DNA of 64,000 nt from Candidatus Marinacidobacterium sp. (GCA_965220965.1 CBDCRI010000001.1:128001-192000); one strand, 5' to 3'; counted from the first letter of the stretch, positions 49,308 through 59,597 are shown. Made by a program: numbers and translations. Notes: generated from the sequence alone by a model not told the origin.

Positions 49308-50379
49308 ATGGCTGAAACGGCGGACGACTTCGAGCTGGTCCTCTCGGGGTCACCCGAGCCCTCTATGGCGAGGCTCATGGGGGTGGCCAAGGACGCGGAC
49401 GCGCGCGCGGAGAAGGCCCGCGACGCGCTGCTGGGGGCCATTCGGCAGGCCACGGCGGCGGGTTCCGCCCCCCCAGCGGATGTGGGTCGAGCGGTCAGGC
49501 GACGGGAGCGGACGCGTGACCGACTCGGTCCTCTGGGGCACCCCGCAAACGCGCGCGGGATCGGCCGGCGGTCGTCCGGCCGGCGACGTGGGGGCCGAGG
49601 CCGCCGTGCCGCCGAGTCCCGCCGCGCTGGCCGCCCGGGAATTCCTGGACGCATGGAGGAAAGCCCACTGGCAGCTTGTGCGCTGGGACATCGGCCGCCA
49701 TCGCAGCAGCCTGCGCATCGCCGTTGACTGCGCCACGGGGGCCGCGGCCCTCAGCGCGCGCACGCCCCTCGCCAAGCTGACCCATGCTGAGGAGGGCGCC
49801 TTCCACCGCCTCATGGTGCCCAAGCCGGCCTCTCCGCCCCAGCGCGGGGCCTCGGAAGCGCTGACCGCGGAGCAGGCCGGCGCGCTCTGGGAATTCGCGG
49901 AGCTGGCCTCGGCCGAGCTGCGGACCGCAGACATGGCGATGACGGAGGGCCTCGGCGACGCGCACGCCGACCGCCGCCTCATCGCGCTCGTCTCCTTCCA
50001 AGGGGAGGGCGCGACAAGCTCAATTCATTCGATCGGCGCCGACCCCGCCCATCATCCGGACCGGGGCGGCGCCTTTGGGCGCGGGAGGTGGAATTGGGCC
50101 ACCGGGCTGCTGGCAAAGGCCGCCGAACGGACCGGGCTTGCCGAAGCGCTTCAGGGGTTGGCTGACGGCTCTCCGCCCGAGTGGCGGGATGGCGGGGTGG
50201 TCAACGTGAGGCTGACGCTGCCTGCGGTCGCGACGGACGAGGGCGCTGCCATCGCCGTCGAGCGGGAGACGCTTCTGAGGACGGTCAGCGACGAGGAGTT
50301 CCTCATCCTCTCAATGCCGCCGGAGCGGCTGCCCGAGCCGCGCAAGGCCGCCCGCGGGACCGCCGCGCCGAGTCCCTGA
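49308..50379 (+). pseudogene. DUF6878-like paralog 7, frameshifted in a C7 tract
   Basis: DALLGAIRQ in one frame; RMWV, IAVDCATG, FQGEG in the +1 frame; junction at 49468-49474. Confidence 0.75.
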
Positions 50380-50645
50380 CGCGCGAAGCCTCCCCCCGGA
50401 CCGGGGCGCACCGCCCCACGGGCGGCTGCGCACGCTTTCGCGTCCCCGACGCCCGCGCCCTTGCCCGCCTCCAGCGCCCGCCGCCGCTCCAAGGCTGCCC
50501 GACGGCCCCCCCCCACACACAGCCGGTCGGGCGGCGGCTTCCGCAAGGTTGCCATGGACGGCGAACTCGGGGTCGGGCTCCTATAATCCCGGAAGAGGCC
50601 AACGGCAATTGCGCCTGCTGGCGTGTGCAGCGAGGAGAGCAGCGA

Positions 50646-51728
50646 ATGGAAGAAAGGCAGGACGGACCGGAGGGCGCCCGCGCCCGGGCTTCCGGGAGAC
50701 CGACGGATCACCCGGTGGAGGTCGGCGACCCGGGCACGCCCGAGGCGGAGGCGCTAAACGCGTTGCTGGGAGCGATTCGGCAGTGCCCCCCCGAGGAAAC
50801 GCCGGAGCGCCTGTGGATTCTCTGGGAGGGCTACGGCGACTCCGGGGCGATCGAGGAGATCGACTGGGGCGAGCGGGAGCCTCGGCCGGAAGGCGAATCC
50901 GGCCCCTTGGTCGACGAGCCGGGGCCCTACGCCTTCACGCCGCCGCGCCACGTCACGCACGCCGCCGCGGAATTCGGCGGGGCTTGGATCGAGGCCCTCT
51001 CCGACCTCCAGAACCTGGAGGACAACGCCGGCGGAAGCATTCGGATCGCCGTGGACTGCGCCACGGGGGACGCGTTCCTGAGCGCCTGCAGCCCCGAGCC
51101 GAGGCTGCAGCGCCCCGAGGACCCTGACCGGCTCCACTTCACGCTGCCCAAGCCGCCCGCCTCCGGGCAGTGGAAGGACGCTGACCTGCCGGAGGAGCTG
51201 TCGGCGGATGCCGCCGACGTTCTCTGGGCGTTCGCCGAGAGCCTTGCTCCGGGCATGCGCGAGGCGGTCGCGGAGTTCGGGGACGTCCTGGGGGACGTGC
51301 CTGCCGCGGGCCGCTTCGTGGCGCTTTTCACGTTCTCGGGGCAGGGCGACGAGGGCATGTTCGACGACGTCTCGGACGATCCGGTCCTGCTCCGGGAGCG
51401 GCACGACGGAAAGTCGCTCCGCCGGCGCTGGTCGTGGTCGTCGCGGGCGGGCAAGCTGCTCGAGAAGGCGGCCGAAAGGTGCGGGGTCGCCGACGTCGTG
51501 CAGGAACTGGCCGACGACTCCCCGCACGAATGGCGGAACGGCATCGGCGGCGAGGTGCGGGTGAGGGTGACGCTGCCGCTCGACCCCGACGCCGAGGGAG
51601 CCGAGCTGGCGGTGGAGCGGGAGACGCTGTACCGGGAGGAAATGGACGTGGAGTTCCTCACCCACCGCATGCGGCCACCGGGGCCCTCCCCCAAGGCCGC
51701 CAAGGCGCCGGCGGCCGCCAGCTCCTGA
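50646..51728 (+). CDS. DUF6878-like paralog 8 (two domains)
   Basis: WEGYGDSG and FSGQGDEG; EDNAGG, WRNGIGG. Confidence 0.78.
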   Translation: MEERQDGPEGARARASGRPTDHPVEVGDPGTPEAEALNALLGAIRQCPPEETPERLWILWEGYGDSGAIEEIDWGEREPRPEGESGPLVDEPGPYAFTPPRHVTHAAAEFGGAWIEALSDLQNLEDNAGGSIRIAVDCATGDAFLSACSPEPRLQRPEDPDRLHFTLPKPPASGQWKDADLPEELSADAADVLWAFAESLAPGMREAVAEFGDVLGDVPAAGRFVALFTFSGQGDEGMFDDVSDDPVLLRERHDGKSLRRRWSWSSRAGKLLEKAAERCGVADVVQELADDSPHEWRNGIGGEVRVRVTLPLDPDAEGAELAVERETLYREEMDVEFLTHRMRPPGPSPKAAKAPAAASS

Positions 51729-52351
51729 GGAGCCAGCCCGCCGGTCGAAACTGATTGCAAGGCCTGTCCATCGCGGTCCGGCTTCCGGCCTTGAGACCGT
51801 GCCCGCCGGTCAGTCGCCGCAGGATTCCGTTGTGGGGGAATCCCCGGGCGCGACGGGCCTTGGCAGCGGCCGCTCGGAGCACGGATCGGCTAGCGTCCGC
51901 GAGGGCCTCCCGGCGCGCACGGCCCCGCTGGCTGGTTAGCCAACCCTGCAACCGGCGTCCAGGGCCACTCCGGCTCCGTCCCCATTGGGCCTTGAACAGC
52001 GCGACTGTTTTTTAGCTTGGGCGCACGGCCGTGGAACCCAGGAATGCCGGGACGACCCAGTTTCCCGAGAAGCCCTTGAAGGCGGCGCAGGCGCTTGCCG
52101 GAGCCATGGGCGGCGGCACCGTGCCCCTGGCGAGATGGGGCCACCGCGCCTCCCGAGCGTGGACCTCTTCTGCAGGACTTGCACACGCTCGCCTGGCGCT
52201 GCGGCGCGCCCATCGCACGTCTGGCGGCGCACGCCTGGGCCGGCGGAACCGCCAACCGCAACGTGATCCTGTCGCTGAACCAGTTCGCCGTCGCATGAGC
52301 CGGCCCTAGCCGCGTCCGGCGCGCGGCCTGGCAAACGCGCCCGGACCCGGG

Positions 52352-52549
52352 CTAGGGCTTGCGGGGCTTGGCCCGCTGCCGCCGCCGGTGGCGCTCCACG
52401 ATGTGCGGATGGGTCTCGCTGGCGGGGCGCATCCGCTTGAAGTCCTCGGCGTCGAGCTCGCGGGCGTCGGGATCGGCTTCGATCCCCGCCCGAATGCGCT
52501 CCGCCTCCTCAGGCGTCGGCCTCACGGTTCCCGGTTTCAGCTTGGGCAT
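52352..52549 (-). CDS. BrnA-antitoxin-like N-terminal fragment
   Basis: PTPEE..RI.AGI.ADPDA.EL...DF.RMRP; no C-terminal RHH segment. Confidence 0.55.
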   Translation of the reverse strand: MPKLKPGTVRPTPEEAERIRAGIEADPDARELDAEDFKRMRPASETHPHIVERHRRRQRAKPRKP

Positions 52550-52561
52550 GGTCCTTCCCTC

Positions 52562-53458
52562 CTAGAAGTACTTGGCCACCGCGCCGCGCTCGGCCTGGGC
52601 GTCCGCGGCGTAGTGCGCGACCATTCGCGCGGTCTTCCAGCCGCCGGCCTTCATGGTCTCGGTGGTGCTGGCGCCCCTGGCCGTCGCCTCGCTGGCCAGC
52701 CCGACGCGGAAGCTGTGGGCGCTGATGCCCGGCATGCCCGCCGCGGCCGCGGCCGCCTTGAGCCGGCGGTTGACCTGGCTCGCCGACAGGCCGATGACCT
52801 TGCCGTCGCGCTGCGCCTCGCCGCGCGCCTCGGCCTCGGCGCGCAGCACGCGAAGGGCCATGGCGCCGGGGCCCTTGACCGCCCGGACGTCGGCGCGGGC
52901 GCCCTCCTGGTTGGTCTTGCTGCGCTTGAGGTCGATCAGCAGCAGCTCGGGATCCTCGGCGTCCTTGACCATCCCCCAGGTGAGGGCGGCGATCTCGCTG
53001 CGGCGCAGGCCGCCGAGGAACGCCAGGCCGATCATCGCCGAGTCGAGCAGCCCGCGCGCCTGCGCCTCCTCGACGGTCTCCCTGCGCCGCCCGCGGCGCC
53101 TGGGCGCGCCGGCCGCCGACTGCATGGCCAGCACGGCCTCGTAGCGCACCGGCAGCGCCTGACCCCGCCCGCGGTCCGCGTCCGTCCGCTTGGCGCCGGC
53201 CAGCACGCGGTCCGTCAGCGGGCCGCTCACCCGCGCGCCCGGGTCCAGCGCCTCCAGGCGCGCCCGGAAGTTGGCCGCGGCCACCACCAGCGCCAGCGTG
53301 CTCGGCGCCACCCCTTCGGCGCGGCGCCGGCCCAGGTGCGCCGCCAGGGCGGCGTCGGTGAGGGGCTCGCCGTCCAGGTCGGCGTCCAAGGTCCGTAGCG
53401 CGGCCTCGTAGGCGCGGCGCGTGTTCGGCGCGATGCTCGAGGCGATCAGCGCCGCCAT
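52562..53458 (-). CDS. Tyrosine recombinase (Cre-like resolvase/integrase)
   Basis: GLRRSEI (R), SKT (K), HSFR, GGW, HY (Y). Confidence 0.92.
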   Translation of the reverse strand: MAALIASSIAPNTRRAYEAALRTLDADLDGEPLTDAALAAHLGRRRAEGVAPSTLALVVAAANFRARLEALDPGARVSGPLTDRVLAGAKRTDADRGRGQALPVRYEAVLAMQSAAGAPRRRGRRRETVEEAQARGLLDSAMIGLAFLGGLRRSEIAALTWGMVKDAEDPELLLIDLKRSKTNQEGARADVRAVKGPGAMALRVLRAEAEARGEAQRDGKVIGLSASQVNRRLKAAAAAAGMPGISAHSFRVGLASEATARGASTTETMKAGGWKTARMVAHYAADAQAERGAVAKYF

Positions 53459-53517
53459 GTCCCCAGCCTCCCGGGGGGCCGGCGGGGCGGGGGCGGAGCC
53501 GCCCCCCGCGGGCGGCC

Positions 53518-54654
53518 TCACGGCGACGCCTCCACGGCCATAGGGGCTTCGAGCCTGGCGGGCCTTGGCGCCAGCACCTCCGGAAAGCGCCCGGCGAGGT
53601 GCCGGGCCAGCGCGATGGACACCGGCGGGGCCACGGCGTTGCCGAACTGCTGGTAGGCCTGCGTGTCCGACACGGGTATCCGGAAGCGCGGCGCCCCGGG
53701 CCGGTCGAACCCCTGCAGGCGGGCGCACTCCCTAGGCGTCAGGCGCCTCGGCGGCCGGCCCTCCTGCCGGACCAGTATCTCCGCCCCGTCCTTGTGGTAG
53801 CGGGCGGACAGCGTGCGCGCCACGTCCGCGGGGCCCACCAGCCCGAAGCCGAAGCCGTTGCCCTGCTCAGCGTGGCGCTCGGCATGGCCCCTCAGGGCCT
53901 TCCAGGTGGCGGGGCGGAGCGTGTAGCGGGCCGCCACCGCCGCGTCAGGCCCCTCGGTGTAGGGCGGCTCCGCCGCCTCCGAGCCGTCCTGCGGATTCAG
54001 GACGGCTCCCAAGGTCGGCTGCGGGCCCGACAGGGGCGGCACGAAGAGGTCGTCGAAGCGGAAGGCCGCGCCCTCACGGGCGCCGACGATGAACAGCCGC
54101 TCGCGGCTCTGCGGCACCCAGTGCCGGGCGTTGATGAGGTGCACGTTCACCTGGTAGCCCAAGTCCTCGGCCAAGGTCTGGTAGATCACCCTGAAGGTGC
54201 GCCCGCCGTCGTGGGCGCGCAGGTTCCTGACGTTCTCGAGCACGAACAGGGCTGGGCGGCGATGGGCGATGATCCGCGCCACGTCGAAGAAGAGCGTGCC
54301 GCGGCTGGCGTCCAGGAAGCCGTGCCGGCGCCCCATCGAGTTGGCCTTCGACACGCCCGCGGTCGAGAAGGGCTGGCAGGGGAACCCGGCGAGCAGCACG
54401 TCGTGCGCGGGAACCTCCTCCTCCGGCACCGCCGCGACGTCGTGGGCCCAGCGGTGCGGCCCGGGGTGGTTGGCCTCGTAGGTGGCCCGGGCGAAGGGGT
54501 CCCTCTCGGCCGCCCACACGCACCGGCCGCCCAAGGCGTCGAACCCGGCCCGCAGGCCGCCGATCCCGGCGAACAGGTCGATGTGGTCAAAGGCGGCGCC
54601 GCCGCGCCGTCCGGCGGGTTCCTGCGCCAAGGGCCGGCCCTGCAAGCTGCACAT
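53518..54654 (-). CDS. dcm: Dcm-like DNA cytosine-C5 methyltransferase
   Basis: DLFAGIGG, GFPCQPFS, ENV, TLSARYHKDGAEIL, GNGFGFG, QFGNAV. Confidence 0.92.
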   Translation of the reverse strand: MCSLQGRPLAQEPAGRRGGAAFDHIDLFAGIGGLRAGFDALGGRCVWAAERDPFARATYEANHPGPHRWAHDVAAVPEEEVPAHDVLLAGFPCQPFSTAGVSKANSMGRRHGFLDASRGTLFFDVARIIAHRRPALFVLENVRNLRAHDGGRTFRVIYQTLAEDLGYQVNVHLINARHWVPQSRERLFIVGAREGAAFRFDDLFVPPLSGPQPTLGAVLNPQDGSEAAEPPYTEGPDAAVAARYTLRPATWKALRGHAERHAEQGNGFGFGLVGPADVARTLSARYHKDGAEILVRQEGRPPRRLTPRECARLQGFDRPGAPRFRIPVSDTQAYQQFGNAVAPPVSIALARHLAGRFPEVLAPRPARLEAPMAVEASP

Positions 54655-54759
54655 GGCCTCGATTCTACCATCCGGGGCGCCGGACGGACCCGTGGCGGGC
54701 GCGGCCGGGCGGGGGAGGGCGGCGTTGAGCTTCCCGGGGGCCGGCCCTACCATGGCCGC

Positions 54760-55053
54760 ATGCCCAAGTCCCCGAAAGGCGCCGCTCCGCGCCCGCTCAG
54801 CTTCGAAGGCCCCGCCGCGATGCCGGCGCGCACGCGGGCGGCCATCCAGGCCGAGTGCGCCTCCCGCCTGGCGGCCCTGTCCGCCGTGCTTGGTCCGGAG
54901 CGCGCCGCCGAGCTCTTTGAGCGTGCCGAGGCCATGCCCCCGCCAGCCAGGCAGGAGGCCCCGCGGGAGACGCCGGGCCAGCGGGCGCTGAGGCTCATGG
55001 AGACCCGTGCCGGCCGGGCCGAGCTCGCGAAGCTTACGTGGGAGACCCTGTGA
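54760..55053 (+). CDS. Small partner of PIN-like gene (pair 2)
   Basis: 97 aa, overlaps the downstream gene. Confidence 0.55.
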   Translation: MPKSPKGAAPRPLSFEGPAAMPARTRAAIQAECASRLAALSAVLGPERAAELFERAEAMPPPARQEAPRETPGQRALRLMETRAGRAELAKLTWETL

Positions 55054-55943
55054 GGCCCGTCGCGCCGGCCCGCGCCACCGCCGACACGGAGCTGCTCGTC
55101 GACCCGACCTGCCGGCAGTTCACGTCGGCCCTTTGGGAGCTTGCCGGCGGGCGCCTTGCCGTGACGCCCACGGTCGCCGACGAGCTCCCGGGCAACGCGA
55201 GGGGATCAGAGGGCCGGCACTGGAACAGAGTGCTCTCCCGCGAGATGGAGGCCTCGAACATCCATTACGACGCGGAGACCTATCGTGACATCATCGCAGC
55301 AACCAAGGACGCGGCCGGGGAATGGATGCTTCGGGAGCTGGCCGGCGGGGGCTCCGGCGCCCTCGTTGCGGTGCGCGCCCTAGCCCCGGACGCGTACGCG
55401 CTGGCCCGGGAGGTGGCCGCGCGCATCCCCAAGCAGTGCTTCCGCCGGCCCAGCCAAGCCAACCAGCGCCGCGACGCCGAGGTGATCGGCGAGTCGGTCG
55501 CTTTGGGGTTCGCCCTGCTGTCCACGCAGAACCTCGGCAGCATCAAGGACGAGCGGGCCAATGAATGGCTCATCCGCGAGGGTTACGTGGAGGGTCCGCT
55601 GATCCAAACCATTGCCAACGCGCTGCGCGCGCTGAACCCCGAGACCAGCCACGAGGAGGCGGCGCTGCGCGCCGTTCTTGGCGCGTCGCTGCCGAACGAG
55701 AATCGCGGCCTTGAGCGCGACCTTCGAGCGGTCACGGCCTTCATCGAACGGCTTGGGGCGAGCCACGCGAAGGCCTGCGCGGTTTGGGCGGAGGACTGCT
55801 TGGAGCACCTTGGAAGCCTGGCCGACACGGTCCGCGCCGTGCGCCGGGACCTTCCAGTCCGGACAAGGGCGATGGAGGACTCCCGCCTGCGTGCTACGCG
55901 CTCCGCAGCCGTTAGGGCGGGCTTTGCCGGGCACTCCGGCTGA
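55038..55943 (+). CDS. PIN-like domain protein (pair 2)
   Basis: DTELL, TVADE, RDAEVI, LLSTQNL; alignable to 32326-33186. Confidence 0.65.
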   Translation: MGDPVRPVAPARATADTELLVDPTCRQFTSALWELAGGRLAVTPTVADELPGNARGSEGRHWNRVLSREMEASNIHYDAETYRDIIAATKDAAGEWMLRELAGGGSGALVAVRALAPDAYALAREVAARIPKQCFRRPSQANQRRDAEVIGESVALGFALLSTQNLGSIKDERANEWLIREGYVEGPLIQTIANALRALNPETSHEEAALRAVLGASLPNENRGLERDLRAVTAFIERLGASHAKACAVWAEDCLEHLGSLADTVRAVRRDLPVRTRAMEDSRLRATRSAAVRAGFAGHSG

Positions 55944-56249
55944 GCCGAAGGGCCTGCAGCGCCCCGCCGTCGCGCCCTAGGGCCAGCGGGGGAGGGGGGC
56001 CAGGTCGCGCGGGGGCAGCGGGTCAGGGCCGGGAAGCCAAGCGCGCGCTCCTGCGGACCCTCCTCACAGCGACGGGCCGGCCGGAGCCCCCCGGCACGGC
56101 GCCGTGAAGCGCGCCGCCTGTCCTGGGCCGGTTCCCAACCGCAGCGGGGACAAGGATGTCGGGCATTGCGCCCGACGGGCGCCAGCGCTCCGGCACGGTG
56201 CGCCTTGGCGGGGCCGGATGCCCTTGGTGATGGACTTGGCGTGCCCTCC

Positions 56250-57887
56250 TCAGGGGCGCGGGAGTGACGACTGCGACCGTTCACGCGCGGGCGCTGGCGC
56301 ATCGGCATCGCTGTCAGGCGCCTGCCGGCGATCCGCTCCAAGAGGAAGGGCAAGCTGCCCGGCCACGAACTCGGCGAAGGCGGAGATGTTCTGGCCGACG
56401 CTGGCCTCCTCTAGAGCTGCCATGTAAGGCCGGCGGAGCTCCACCCGGATGGTGGTCCAAGGGTAGCCGCCTGACGCCAGCATGGCGTTCATCAGGAATC
56501 GCGCCATGCGTCCGTTGCCGTCGGGAAAGGGGTGGGCGTAGCCGAGCATCCAGTGCCCCACCACTGCGCGCACGGCAGGCTCCGGCTCATGCTCCAGCAG
56601 CTCAAAAAGGGCTTCCATGCAGTCCGGTAGAAGCTCCGCTCGGGGCGGGACGTGCCTCGATCCGCGAATGAACACGGGCCGGTTTCGGTAGCCGGCCAGG
56701 GCTGACCGGTCGTACAGCCCAGCTGCGGCGAAAGGCTGGAACAGCTGCAGGAACCACTGCCCGTGCGCATTGCGGAACAGGGTGCCGGGATCCGCGCCGT
56801 TCAGCACGGCCTCCACCGACTCCCGCACGGCCTGAAACGCCTGCCAGTAGCCGCGAGCGGCCAGCGCGTCCTGCTGCTGGCGGTCTTCAGCGACCTTCTG
56901 CGGATTCCAATTCCCCGACCTCACCTGATCGATCAACTTGGGGGTGACGCGGTAGCCTTCGATGGACAGGGAGTGGTAGGCGTCTTCCCGGTATGCCGCG
57001 GCCACGCCGTCGAGATACTGCTGCGCCAACGGGCCCGACGGCAATCCCGGCGCCTCCGGAAAGGCCGACAGGACGGGCTCGCGCGCCCTGTTCCACAGCA
57101 CGCGCAGGCGGTGCATGACGGACGACCCGGAACGCAGGGCGATCCGCCCGGCACGCTCCGGGGCCGAGCCTGCCGCCTTGAACGGATCCGCCTCCCGGAA
57201 ACTGTCGTGCCCGGTTTCCCGCATTGCGCTGCGAATCTCGTCCGCGAAGGCGTCGCGTCCAATGTGGCGGCACGCGCCTGCCAGCCGTCCGGCGACCTTC
57301 GAACAGCTCCCAGCCAGCAATCGACTCACGAGGGGCGCGGCGTGGCGCACGCTCTCGAGCGCCGTGCGCGCCTCGACCGGGCGGTCGCGGAAGAAGGCCG
57401 CAGGGACTCGGACCAACGCCGCCTCGATCGTGAAAATGCGCAGGCCGTTCCTTTCGCAAAGGTCCGCGGCTGGCGGCTCCTCAGAGGACTCCAGGTCGAA
57501 CAGCGACGTCGCGAACGGCAGCCGCACGTTGTTGTTTCGCCCTTCCGGGGCCCGCACGATGACCTGGGACGGGACACTGGTGTCCTCAGCGTGGAGCCGC
57601 AACGAGATTTCGGGGGACAGATGCCAGCGGGCGCCGAAGCGGTGCGAGCTGTAGCGGGCGCAGAACTCCCAGAACGCCGCGTGCCACGCCGTGGTGTCGT
57701 CGGGTGGCGCGTCCGGCCTCGAAAGCATCAACCAGCCTTTGATGACGGGTTGAAGGTAGCCGTTGCGGAGGAGTCGTTCGCGATGTTCGCGGCGGAACTG
57801 CCGGGATCGAAAGACGTGCCTTCCATCGCCTTGCAGTTCGGACAGCGCCTCCAGCGCATCAGCCAGCTTGTGGTTGGGAGAGACCAT
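56250..57887 (-). CDS. Fic family protein
   Basis: HPFPDGNGRMAR; YHSLSIEG. Confidence 0.93.
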   Translation of the reverse strand: MVSPNHKLADALEALSELQGDGRHVFRSRQFRREHRERLLRNGYLQPVIKGWLMLSRPDAPPDDTTAWHAAFWEFCARYSSHRFGARWHLSPEISLRLHAEDTSVPSQVIVRAPEGRNNNVRLPFATSLFDLESSEEPPAADLCERNGLRIFTIEAALVRVPAAFFRDRPVEARTALESVRHAAPLVSRLLAGSCSKVAGRLAGACRHIGRDAFADEIRSAMRETGHDSFREADPFKAAGSAPERAGRIALRSGSSVMHRLRVLWNRAREPVLSAFPEAPGLPSGPLAQQYLDGVAAAYREDAYHSLSIEGYRVTPKLIDQVRSGNWNPQKVAEDRQQQDALAARGYWQAFQAVRESVEAVLNGADPGTLFRNAHGQWFLQLFQPFAAAGLYDRSALAGYRNRPVFIRGSRHVPPRAELLPDCMEALFELLEHEPEPAVRAVVGHWMLGYAHPFPDGNGRMARFLMNAMLASGGYPWTTIRVELRRPYMAALEEASVGQNISAFAEFVAGQLALPLGADRRQAPDSDADAPAPARERSQSSLPRP

Positions 57888-58096
57888 GTCCTAGGCGCCC
57901 TCGGCCGTTGCTTGCGCAAGTATATCGTGTGTTGCTCTTGCAAGTACATTCTGCATTCGCGCAATGGCGCGACACTGGCCGTCAAGTGGAACAACACGGC
58001 CTTTCCACCCAGAATAGGCAACGGCTTTCTGATTTTTGGAGAGGCCCTCGTAGGATGGCTGGCTCTTACGGACGGCGAGGTGAACGACTGAACGCG

Positions 58097-59458
58097 ATGA
58101 AAATTGAGCTGCGCCTGCACGGCAGGCGGGCCTGCGCCTTGGAGGCGGACCCGCGGCTGCCGGAGGGCGTTTTCGCGCGCGGGAAGGCCATGGCGTGGCT
58201 GTCGGCGGGCTGGGACGGGACCGAGGCCCACGACACCGCCCGGCGCTGGCTGCTGGGGGCGCTGCCGGAGAACGGCACCCTGCCGGCTTGGATGGGCGAG
58301 GCCGAGGCCCGCTTCCGGGCGCTCGGCGTGGCGGGGGACATCCGCCGGCCGGAGTCCCTGCTGTGGGTATATCGTAGCGCCGAGTTTCCGGGGGCGCTGC
58401 AGGTGCTGCGCGAGGGGGAACGCGCCGCCAAGCCGCTTCCGGTTGCTTCGTCGGCCTACCAGTCCCTGTCCGAGACTGACGTGGGCGAAATGCTCAGCAA
58501 GGTCGTGCGCACAGCCTTGGCCCTGAAGGGGCGGCCGGAAGTCGCGCCGGAGCGGGCGCGCTCCTCGCTGTCCGGCGTGCGCCCCAAGGTGTCGCTTACG
58601 GCTGCCGGGGACGGCCTCGGAGGCGGTTGGCTGCAGGGCCAGACGGGGCAGCTGAACACGTGGATCGTCAAGGTGGAGAATGACATGGAGCTGCCGGGCG
58701 AGGCCGGCGTCGAGAGCCTCTGCCAAAGGGCGCTCGCCCTGGCCGGCATGCCAGCCTCCCGGACCTTGGCACGGGTGGTGGACGGGCGGCAGTGCGTGTT
58801 GAGCGAGCGCTCGGACCGCAGGATGGAGGGCGGCTGCGTGCTGGCGGCGCACCAAGAGGAATTCCGCCAAGCCTGCGACGCCGGCACCGAGCGCTTCCCC
58901 GCCGGGCTGGGCCGCGAAGCTGAGTGGCCGGCCGCCTACCGGCTGCTCGGCCGAGCGAGCGCCGACCCCGACGGCGAGGCCGACCGCCTGACGCGCCTGC
59001 TGGCCGCATCGGCCATGATCTGCCACGCCGACCTGCACCGCGGCAACCTCGGCTACCGGGTCTCGGCGCCCGGCGACGGCCCGAAGCGGGTCAGCCTGGC
59101 CCCCGCCTACGACGTTTCGACCGCCATCGGCACCAAGCTCAGCAAGGACCTCACCTTTGGCATCGCCGGGCAGCGAAGTCCGGCCGAGATCGGAGCGCCC
59201 CAGTGGAAGGCCCACGCCGCGCGCTGCGGGATTGACGCGGAGCGGACTCTGGCGGCTGTGGCTGAAGTCGCCGCGGCGCTGCCGGAAGCCTTCGCGCAGG
59301 CTAGGATCGAGGCGTCCGCGGAGGACGTGAACGCGGACCAGGCCGCCGTCGACCGGCGGGCGGAGCGGACGCTGGCCTATTTGGAGAATCGGCGAGCAGA
59401 CTTCGAACGCTGCATGCGGGGCCGCAGCCGTCCCGCCACGCCGGGGCCGGGGGGCTAG
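58097..59458 (+). CDS. HipA family kinase toxin
   Basis: SLSGVRPK, WIVK, DLHRGN, LAPAYDV. Confidence 0.88.
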   Translation: MKIELRLHGRRACALEADPRLPEGVFARGKAMAWLSAGWDGTEAHDTARRWLLGALPENGTLPAWMGEAEARFRALGVAGDIRRPESLLWVYRSAEFPGALQVLREGERAAKPLPVASSAYQSLSETDVGEMLSKVVRTALALKGRPEVAPERARSSLSGVRPKVSLTAAGDGLGGGWLQGQTGQLNTWIVKVENDMELPGEAGVESLCQRALALAGMPASRTLARVVDGRQCVLSERSDRRMEGGCVLAAHQEEFRQACDAGTERFPAGLGREAEWPAAYRLLGRASADPDGEADRLTRLLAASAMICHADLHRGNLGYRVSAPGDGPKRVSLAPAYDVSTAIGTKLSKDLTFGIAGQRSPAEIGAPQWKAHAARCGIDAERTLAAVAEVAAALPEAFAQARIEASAEDVNADQAAVDRRAERTLAYLENRRADFERCMRGRSRPATPGPGG

Positions 59459-59597
59459 CGCGGAGGGCCGATGCCGCCCATGGATGCGAACCCTCCGAAA
59501 CCGGCTATGCAGTTGCCGTTCCTCGTGGAGGTCGGCCTAGTGCGGCTGCCGGTGTCGATAAGGAGCAGGCGGGACCCGAACGGAAGGAGAGGGCAAG

